Of a DNA stretch of 64,000 nucleotides, positions 57,429 to 64,000 are shown piece by piece. Under the pieces are notes generated by a model. That model ran no database searches, had not been told where the DNA came from, and saw nothing but the letters and a program-made list of their open reading frames with translations. Position 1 is the first letter of the stretch; every line of letters starts with the position of its first letter. Source of the DNA: Chthonomonadaceae bacterium (lineage in GTDB: Bacteria; Armatimonadota; Chthonomonadetes; Chthonomonadales; Chthonomonadaceae); assembly GCA_035650735.1 (NCBI GenBank), contig DASRGZ010000040.1:1-64000 (forward strand), given 5' to 3'. The translations under genes were made by a program, and so were the position numbers.

Positions 57429-57999
57429 TCTTCTGCCCTCCTTCTGCGCCGGCAGCCGCTCCTGCGGTCCAGGTTGTGAACGCCGCGATCTCGGCGGAGA
57501 CATCCACCGTCTTCAATTTCTGATCCGTCGAGGTCAGGGCGAGCTTGTCCACGGTCATCTTGCCGGCCGGGTCTTCGACAAAGTAGAGGAACTTCATGAC
57601 GTTGGGCTGGAACGGCGCGGTAAAGCGCACCTCCAGCGGCACCTGGGTGCCGGAGGCTGTCGCAAGATCATGCGGGCGCAGGGGCTTGATCTCGCGCAGG
57701 TGAACGCCCGCCCGGTCGGCCAGGCGGTTCAGGTCGCGGATAAGACGCGGCACCAGCGAATCCGGCGGCAGGTCGTAGGCCTGGCGCGCGATTCGAGGCT
57801 CCAGGGCAGCCTGGTCGTCGCTTAGCTGCGCGATCTGGCGCAGCGCGGCCCGATACGCCTGCTCGGCCCGGGCGGGCGGCAACAGCGCGCTCTGCCCGGC
57901 GGGCGTCGGGGGCGGATGGAGCTGCAGCCAGACCGCCGCGCCCACCACCACCGAACACAAAACGATCAAGACCTGCTCTCGCTTATGGAGACGGCGCAT
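57406..57999 (-). CDS. GspM/PilO-like protein
   Basis: L..RE..LI TM, coiled coil, LA...GV.L..I.P, FL..VE. Confidence 0.7.
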   Translation of the reverse strand: MRRLHKREQVLIVLCSVVVGAAVWLQLHPPPTPAGQSALLPPARAEQAYRAALRQIAQLSDDQAALEPRIARQAYDLPPDSLVPRLIRDLNRLADRAGVHLREIKPLRPHDLATASGTQVPLEVRFTAPFQPNVMKFLYFVEDPAGKMTVDKLALTSTDQKLKTVDVSAEIAAFTTWTAGAAAGAEGGQKSAANTVD

Positions 58000-60001
58000 G
58001 GTTTGCTCCCGGAACGGCTGCTGTGCGCTTGCCCGTCTGCGCCAGCGCGCTCTCTGTCGGTTTTTCGCCTGTGGGCGCGGGCGCTCCGGTCAGGAGGCTG
58101 GGCGCGCCGGGGTTGAGGCGGCAGGTGATAACAAAGCTGGTCAGGGGAGGCCGCGCCGGGACCGTTCCCTTCTTGGGCGCCGGAGCGGACTTCTTGACGT
58201 GCGGCGCCGGAGGCTTGCCACCTAGCGTGGGGCCGCGCGTTTCTGGCGCCGAATGCCCTCTGGCCTGAAGAGCCGGGCCTCCGGGTGCCGGACCTGGCGA
58301 CCCCGGCCCTGCCGGAGCGGCGTTGGGCAGCGTTCCCGGCGGCGGGCTGGCAGGCGCCGCATTGGGAGGTGGGCTGCCGGGCACAGGCGTCCCCGCAGGC
58401 GTTCCCGCGGGCGTCCCCGGATGGATGCCGGGCGGCGCGGGAGCGCCAGGCATGCCGGGCAGCGTCGTTGTAGCCGCGGAGGCAGGCGACCCCGTCGCGC
58501 TCTCACCGGGCGCTTTCGTCGTCGGACGGCTGGCTGGCGTTTTCTCTTCCTGCGCGTCGCCCAGATATCCGATCCGTACCTCCGAGAAGGCGCCGGACTG
58601 CTGGAGGCGAATCACGAGGTCGGTGGCTGCCAGGGCGGAGCGGGTGTTGCCGCGCAGGGTGAGCAGCCCGCCGCGATCAAACTCAAACTGCGTCAGCCAG
58701 ATGTCGGTGGATTTGGGCAGCGCCATGTTGACCGCCGCCAGCACATCCACCGTCGGGTGGTTGCGATCCAGGGCGGAGGCCAGCGCCGCCTCCTGCGCCT
58801 GCAAGCGGTTGTAGGATCTCTGTCGCGCGTCCAGCCGCGCCTGGACATCGCTCAGCTTCGCGTTGGCCGTCTGTGTTCTTTCCTTAAGCTCTCTCTGCGC
58901 CGCCAGGGAGCGCGAGAACATAATGCCAAAGACGGCAAGCAGCCCTACAGCCGCGAGGCCCACGGCAATCCGCGCTTTGCGCCGCCGCTCCAGCGCCCGG
59001 CGCTCGGCACGCTCGTCCGGCACCAGGTTGATCGGCGCCAGGCCGACCCCGGCGCCCTGCAGGGCCATGCCGATGGCCGTGGCGTAGGCCGGCGCATCAG
59101 GATCGCCGGGCGGCAGGAGGCGACTCTGGAACCGCGCCACCGGCATCTCCAGCATCTCGCTCAGGGCGCGCTGCAGGGCCTCCGCCTCCGGCCCTACCGC
59201 GCTCACGCCGCTCAGATAGACATGCACCAGCGGGTGGTGCCGGAACTCGTTCTGGTAGGCGGTGAAAGAGCGCACGACCTCTTCGGCCATGCGCACGCGC
59301 ACGGACTCCGCATCTCTGCCGGCCAGCGCAAACGCGGCGGCGCGGGTGAACAGCAGCCGCCCATTCGCCACGACGACGGCATCCATCTCGCCGGGCTTGA
59401 GGTCAATGAGCGCGGTCGGCTCCAGGGCATCGCGGATATTTTCCGCCAGTGCCAGGGCCGAGACCGATAGGCGGCACAGTTCCAGCCCGGCCCGGTCGAA
59501 GATGGCCAGGACTTCCGTGATCAGCGTGCGCCGCGCCGCCGCGATCAGCACCGTCTCCAGGTTATCGCCTTCGGCCGCGGCCAGGCCCGCCGCCGGCTCG
59601 GCCAGGACGTGATAATCCAGCACAACCTCATCGCGGGGAAAGGGAATGTACTGCTGGGCCTCAAAATCCACCATGCCCCGCATCTGCTCGGGGGTTCCGG
59701 CGGGCAACTGCGCGAATCGCAGCGTCACCAGGCGGCGCGGCAGGCAGGCCACGACCGTCTTGCTCGCGATTCCGGCGCCGGAGAGCGCGACGCGCAGGGC
59801 CTCAGCAAAGGCATCATGGTGGGCGGCGAGATTACTCCAGGCGTGGGGCGGCAGGGGCGCCGTCCCGCGCCGCAGGACGCGCATGCCTTCCTTTCCCCCT
59901 AAGCCTTCCAGTTCGACCACGCGCACGGCAGCCGCGCCCAGGTCTATGGCGGTGGTATGTGCCGTCGTGCCCGCGCGGCGCGCGGGCGGTCTTAGCCCCA
60001 A
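57983..60001 (-). CDS. PilM-PilN fusion (GspL-like)
   Basis: IDLG...VRVVE, EA.QYIPF...EVVLDY, A.A.GMAL, INL.P, TM, L.L.G; Pro-rich tail. Confidence 0.8.
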   Translation of the reverse strand: MGLRPPARRAGTTAHTTAIDLGAAAVRVVELEGLGGKEGMRVLRRGTAPLPPHAWSNLAAHHDAFAEALRVALSGAGIASKTVVACLPRRLVTLRFAQLPAGTPEQMRGMVDFEAQQYIPFPRDEVVLDYHVLAEPAAGLAAAEGDNLETVLIAAARRTLITEVLAIFDRAGLELCRLSVSALALAENIRDALEPTALIDLKPGEMDAVVVANGRLLFTRAAAFALAGRDAESVRVRMAEEVVRSFTAYQNEFRHHPLVHVYLSGVSAVGPEAEALQRALSEMLEMPVARFQSRLLPPGDPDAPAYATAIGMALQGAGVGLAPINLVPDERAERRALERRRKARIAVGLAAVGLLAVFGIMFSRSLAAQRELKERTQTANAKLSDVQARLDARQRSYNRLQAQEAALASALDRNHPTVDVLAAVNMALPKSTDIWLTQFEFDRGGLLTLRGNTRSALAATDLVIRLQQSGAFSEVRIGYLGDAQEEKTPASRPTTKAPGESATGSPASAATTTLPGMPGAPAPPGIHPGTPAGTPAGTPVPGSPPPNAAPASPPPGTLPNAAPAGPGSPGPAPGGPALQARGHSAPETRGPTLGGKPPAPHVKKSAPAPKKGTVPARPPLTSFVITCRLNPGAPSLLTGAPAPTGEKPTESALAQTGKRTAAVPGANHAPSP

Positions 60002-60013
60002 ACTGTCCTCCTG

Positions 60014-62176
60014 TTATGGCCCCGTATCATCGCTATCGGGGGCCGCTTCGGTGCTGCCGCCCGAGGTCGGAGTCGGTAGCTGCGGTGGGGAGGTCCAGGA
60101 TGACCATCCCGGATAGCGCGGGACTTCCCGCCATTGCAGCACGCGCGGCCCGTTCTCCGTCAGCTCCGCCAGCGCCGAGACCGCATATACGCCTGGCTGA
60201 CCCGGCACGCGCACCTTGATATGCACCCTATAGACGGAAGATTTCGTGCAGAGATGCCCGATCACGGCTTCATACTGCTCGCGCGTGATGTTTTGCAACT
60301 GAAAGAGATCGCCCAGCGACTGAAACGCCTGCCCGCCCTGTCGGTAGCTCAGGATGGCGTCCAGCAGCGCGCGGTCCATGCCCGGCACCGTCGCCAGCAC
60401 TTCGGGCGGGGCGGTGTTGATGTTGACGACGTTTTCCCGGTAGGTTGTGTCCTCGGTGGTGATGCGGTCGGCGATATCGGCCATCACCGTCCGGGTAAAG
60501 CCCCGTACCTCCAGCAGGTCGGCGATGGTGCGGAACGCCTGGCTCTGCCCACCGCCGCTACTGCTGCTGCCCGGGCTATTGCCGCCGGGAGCGCCGCCGT
60601 TCCCGCCGGGGGTATTGCCGCCCGATCCCGGCCCACCGCTGCCCGCATTGTTGCCCGCCGGCGGGCTATTTCCGCCAGAATTGGGACCGCCGCCCAATCC
60701 TAGCTGCCGGGTGACGCCCCGGCGCGGTCGGCCCAGCAAGCCCCCGGACTCCATCTGTAGCCCCGGCCTGTTGCCGTTCCCGCCCAATCCCGGCCTACCG
60801 TTGCCCGGGACGTTACCAGGCGGCGGGCCGCTGGGCGCTCCATTGCCCTGGCTGGGAGGCGGCCCTCCACCGGGCTGGGGTTGGCCTCCGAAGCCGCCCG
60901 TACCGCCGTTGCGGTAGTCTATCAGGCGGCGGGCCAGCTGCGCGGGTAGCCCGAGCTTCTGCTGAAGATCCTGGGCGCTGGCGGTATTGATGTTGACGCG
61001 CGGCGAGCCGTCGGAGGCGACGTTGCGCTCGCGGGCGTAGGTCGTCAGCAACTCGGCCAGCGGGAACGTGCTGTTGGCGAAGATGTCGTCAAAATCGCTG
61101 TTTCCGCCCGACGGCGGCGGATTGTTAGGGTTCGGCGGGCCGTTCCCCGGCGGATTGGGCGGGGAGCCGGGTAGGCCGGGCTGATGAGGGCCGTTCGGCT
61201 GTGGGGCCTGCCGCGTGGTTCCATCCTCATAACCGCCCGGCATCGCGCCCCCGTTCGCCTGCGCCGCCTGGCCCGGCGCTGCCGATGTCGGGTTGCCGGA
61301 GGGAGCGTTATAGAGCAGCGCGGGCGTCATGCCCCGCACAAGCAGCAGTTCCTCCACCGTATCGAACGGCGCCCCTTTGGCGCTGTAGGGCGTGGGCAGC
61401 GATTGATAGTAATCCGACGCGCCGCCGCTGGCGGAGGATTGATCACTCGAATGGCGCCAATCCAGGATGGCGGTTATCAGGTCCTCCTGGTCACTCAGGG
61501 TCGGCAGACGCCTGAGCGTCGCCTCGTCCGCCGTATTCAGGTTGATCAGCCCGGCGGTATCTACGGCCTCGATCTTGACCCAGGCATCCCCGACCGGCAT
61601 CCAGCCGTTGGCGTCGGTATCCGCCACCGGGGGGATGACACCGTAGGTGGCGCCGTTGTTGCTGGTCTGCGCCAGGGCGCTCAGGGCGTAGTTGAGCGCG
61701 CCGCGCGCGGCATAGAAGCGCTCTACCTGCGCGCTCTCGCGGGCCGCCGCCCGTACCTCGCGCCGCGCCGAGGTCGCAAAAGTCACGGCCACCGCAGTCA
61801 AAATCAGCACGACGAAGACCACTGGCACGAGCGCCTGCCCTCGCCGTATCCCACCAGTGGCCCTGTTGTCACCATACTGCCGTGAAAACAGGCCCCCATC
61901 CCGTCCTGCGGCCACCCACTGCCAGGGTCGGCGCTCAACGGACTGCCAGGGGCGGGCCTGCAATGGACTGCCAGGGTCGGCAGGGTTACGGCCCCTGCCT
62001 CCGCCTTGCGACACCTTGCGACACGGCTCTGCCTTGCGACAGCCCGCCGCCTGGCTATCCCCAAGGACAGGGGAGGGGAGAGACCTCACCCCCGGCCCCT
62101 CTCCTTTAGAAGGAGAGGGGAGAGGCGTTCTCATGCGAGTGGATGAATACCTGTTTATGGAGCCTCTTGCGTGCAT
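60014..62176 (-). CDS. gspK: Minor pseudopilin GspK with HhH motifs (start uncertain; repeats lie in the N-terminal region)
   Basis: RRG|QALV.V hydrophobic helix, INLNTA, I.DWR, F.TVEELLLVRGM, VNINTA. Confidence 0.85.
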   Translation of the reverse strand: MHARGSINRYSSTRMRTPLPSPSKGEGPGVRSLPSPVLGDSQAAGCRKAEPCRKVSQGGGRGRNPADPGSPLQARPWQSVERRPWQWVAAGRDGGLFSRQYGDNRATGGIRRGQALVPVVFVVLILTAVAVTFATSARREVRAAARESAQVERFYAARGALNYALSALAQTSNNGATYGVIPPVADTDANGWMPVGDAWVKIEAVDTAGLINLNTADEATLRRLPTLSDQEDLITAILDWRHSSDQSSASGGASDYYQSLPTPYSAKGAPFDTVEELLLVRGMTPALLYNAPSGNPTSAAPGQAAQANGGAMPGGYEDGTTRQAPQPNGPHQPGLPGSPPNPPGNGPPNPNNPPPSGGNSDFDDIFANSTFPLAELLTTYARERNVASDGSPRVNINTASAQDLQQKLGLPAQLARRLIDYRNGGTGGFGGQPQPGGGPPPSQGNGAPSGPPPGNVPGNGRPGLGGNGNRPGLQMESGGLLGRPRRGVTRQLGLGGGPNSGGNSPPAGNNAGSGGPGSGGNTPGGNGGAPGGNSPGSSSSGGGQSQAFRTIADLLEVRGFTRTVMADIADRITTEDTTYRENVVNINTAPPEVLATVPGMDRALLDAILSYRQGGQAFQSLGDLFQLQNITREQYEAVIGHLCTKSSVYRVHIKVRVPGQPGVYAVSALAELTENGPRVLQWREVPRYPGWSSWTSPPQLPTPTSGGSTEAAPDSDDTGP
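61918..62122. repeat. Triple-nested micro-element within a family C repeat
   Basis: ACTGCCAGGG at 61918, 61942, 61967; CCTTGCGAC ending at 62012, 62022, 62040. Confidence 0.85.
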
Positions 62177-62184
62177 CGTCTTGT

Positions 62185-63060
62185 TTAGCCGCCGGGAGGG
62201 GCCGTCGTGTTGGGATTGGCCGGTGCGCCGGTATTGGCGGCTGGTGCCGTGATGTGCGGCATGGGCTGCGGCGCGGCAATCGGTATCAGGGTTGTATAGG
62301 TTGCGGGCGTGCCGTCCGTCCGGCGCAGCGCCAGCGACACCTCCACCGCGCCGGGCAGGGCGCTGTCGCCCGTGCCGCTGTCAGCCTGCCCTGTCCCGCC
62401 GGAGGGCGCGGTGCCGTTCGCATCCTCCTGTCCGCTCGGTGCGCTGCCCTGCGTTGTCGGCTGGCCTGCCGCCTGATTCGGCTGTTCAAAATCCCAGTCG
62501 CTGCGCCAGGCGCGGGCGTTGGCATCCCAGAAGCGCAGGTTCAGCGCCAGCACCCGCCGCGATAGGATATTGGTCGGAGAGGGAGTCGCTTGCATCACAA
62601 CCTGCGGATTGGGCACAGCGTTCTCCACGCGCAGCAGCGTGCCCGTGTTGGCATCCAGGTCGTAGCGTACCAGCGCGCAATCGGATTGCGGCAGCGCCGC
62701 CGATTCGTCCTGCGCGCCGCCTGCCGGATTCGCCTCGGCCTCAATGCGGTGCGAAAGTGTCGTTAGCAGGAGCAGGCTGCCTCCGGCGGCGCGCGGCCCC
62801 TGCCCTCCGCCCGCGATAAACACGGAGTCCGGGTCGTTCAGGGAGCCGTAAGCGGCGGTCAGGTCGCGGCTCAGCGTGGCAAAGAGGGCGCTCGCTTCCT
62901 CCTGATCCTCCTGGCGCTGCGTGGAGGCAGTATGCGCCCGCAGGGCCACCGAGAGCGCCAGGCCGGTGGCAAAGCTGATAACGCCGAAGATGACCAGCGC
63001 GACGATCACCTCCAGCAGAGTAAAGCCAGGCCGCTCTTTCCCCCTCCGGCGTATCCTCAT
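62185..63060 (-). CDS. gspJ: Minor pseudopilin GspJ
   Basis: G|FTLLEVIVAL, L.RDL, LP.AVEV.L. Confidence 0.8.
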   Translation of the reverse strand: MRIRRRGKERPGFTLLEVIVALVIFGVISFATGLALSVALRAHTASTQRQEDQEEASALFATLSRDLTAAYGSLNDPDSVFIAGGGQGPRAAGGSLLLLTTLSHRIEAEANPAGGAQDESAALPQSDCALVRYDLDANTGTLLRVENAVPNPQVVMQATPSPTNILSRRVLALNLRFWDANARAWRSDWDFEQPNQAAGQPTTQGSAPSGQEDANGTAPSGGTGQADSGTGDSALPGAVEVSLALRRTDGTPATYTTLIPIAAPQPMPHITAPAANTGAPANPNTTAPPGG

Positions 63061-63440
63061 GGTTGCTGCTCCTGTGGCTTACGCAGGAACGTGGTGTAGA
63101 CGCGCTCGTAGGGATGGCCCACCGGCCCCCAGCGGAGGGTGAGCGTCACCTTGAACAGGTCGGGATATCCGGTAGTCTCCACGCTTTGCCGCCAGAGGTA
63201 GCCGGGATACTCCGCGCCGAAGTTGCCCTGCTGCTCCCCGCCAACCAGCGCCTCCGGCTGCAACTCCACCTCGGTCAGCCTGCGCCGGGCCAGGAGCGCC
63301 GCCGTCTGGATCTGCTCGGCCATGCCGGAGGCGCGCGTTGCCGTGGAAATAGCGGTTAGCGCGCCGACCACCCCGATAGCCAGCAGCAGCGTGGCGACGA
63401 TCATCTCGATGAGCGTGAAACCGCGCTTTGATCTCCTCAT
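63057..63440 (-). CDS. gspI: Minor pseudopilin GspI
   Basis: G|FTLIEMIVA, A.LLA...L.E, Y.W...V, L.KV.L...W. Confidence 0.8.
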   Translation of the reverse strand: MRRSKRGFTLIEMIVATLLLAIGVVGALTAISTATRASGMAEQIQTAALLARRRLTEVELQPEALVGGEQQGNFGAEYPGYLWRQSVETTGYPDLFKVTLTLRWGPVGHPYERVYTTFLRKPQEQQP

Positions 63441-63985
63441 GGCGCTTCTCCGGCGGCGCTGTCATCCACCGTAACGCGCCCCGTGCTGGGTGCCACGACG
63501 ACGTTCGCCATGTAGCCTGACTGGCTGACAACCGTCACCACCGCGCCCTCGTTGCTGCCGTCGCCGTGAAAGTGCAGGGCCATGCCATTCGTGCCTTCCC
63601 CCGTCACAAGGCGCGCAATGGCAAGCTCTTCTCGCAGCGCCAGGCCGCGCGGCGCAGGAGCGGAGGGAGCCGCCGCGACCGCATCTAGCGCGCCTGCCCC
63701 GCCCAGGGCGACCGGCTGATCGGTCGGCGGCGGAGGCGGCGCTACCGTGACCGCCAGCGCTCCCTGCTGCGGGTCGAAGGTCACGGTGGCCGTCGTGTCG
63801 TTGGCAATGGCCTGCTCGCGGGCGTAGGTCAGCAGGTCGCGCACGGCGGCGACCCCGCCCTCAAAGCGCGTCCGATCCCAGAACCGGCCATAGGCGGGCA
63901 CAAGAAGGCTGCTCATGACGGCGATGATGATGATGACCATGAGCAGCTCGATCAGCGTGAAGCCGCGCGGCAGAGGACGGGACAT
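63437..63985 (-). CDS. gspH: Minor pseudopilin GspH/FimT-like
   Basis: [24 protein letters not shown]....G.V. Confidence 0.8.
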   Translation of the reverse strand: MSRPLPRGFTLIELLMVIIIIAVMSSLLVPAYGRFWDRTRFEGGVAAVRDLLTYAREQAIANDTTATVTFDPQQGALAVTVAPPPPPTDQPVALGGAGALDAVAAAPSAPAPRGLALREELAIARLVTGEGTNGMALHFHGDGSNEGAVVTVVSQSGYMANVVVAPSTGRVTVDDSAAGEAP

Positions 63986-64000
63986 GGCAGGGGCCTACTT

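Overview
GC-rich bacterial chromosome segment, probably Armatimonadota (inferred from DUF1559 prepilin-like, PEP-CTERM and UBact-proteasome genes). In order it holds: a flagellar basal-body/export operon (flgBC-fliEFGHIJ, lytic transglycosylase, MotE-like gene); a phosphodiesterase; xylB; a GntR/LacI-TPR-DUF1559 module; an ECF sigma/anti-sigma unit; a double PEP-CTERM protein; mnmE; a GH106-like protein; small metabolic genes; a complete UBact-proteasome operon (arc-dop-ubact-prcB-prcA-pafA); an S41 peptidase; and the distal part of a type II secretion operon (gspHIJK-L-M-C-D). No rRNA, tRNA, cas gene or transposase was recognised. Three observations stand out. (1) A fixed-length (about 46+1 nt) hairpin micro-element with covarying stems inserts into REP-like repeats and into itself, up to three deep, replacing 4 nt of target with no duplication. 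(2) One ORF appears to be a polyprotein of two PEP-CTERM surface proteins with an internal second signal peptide. (3) Repeat-spacer-repeat scars at 37.7-39.0 kb resemble ectopic CRISPR spacer integrations, and one frameshifts an RraA-family gene. All calls come from reading the sequence by eye; no database searches were run.
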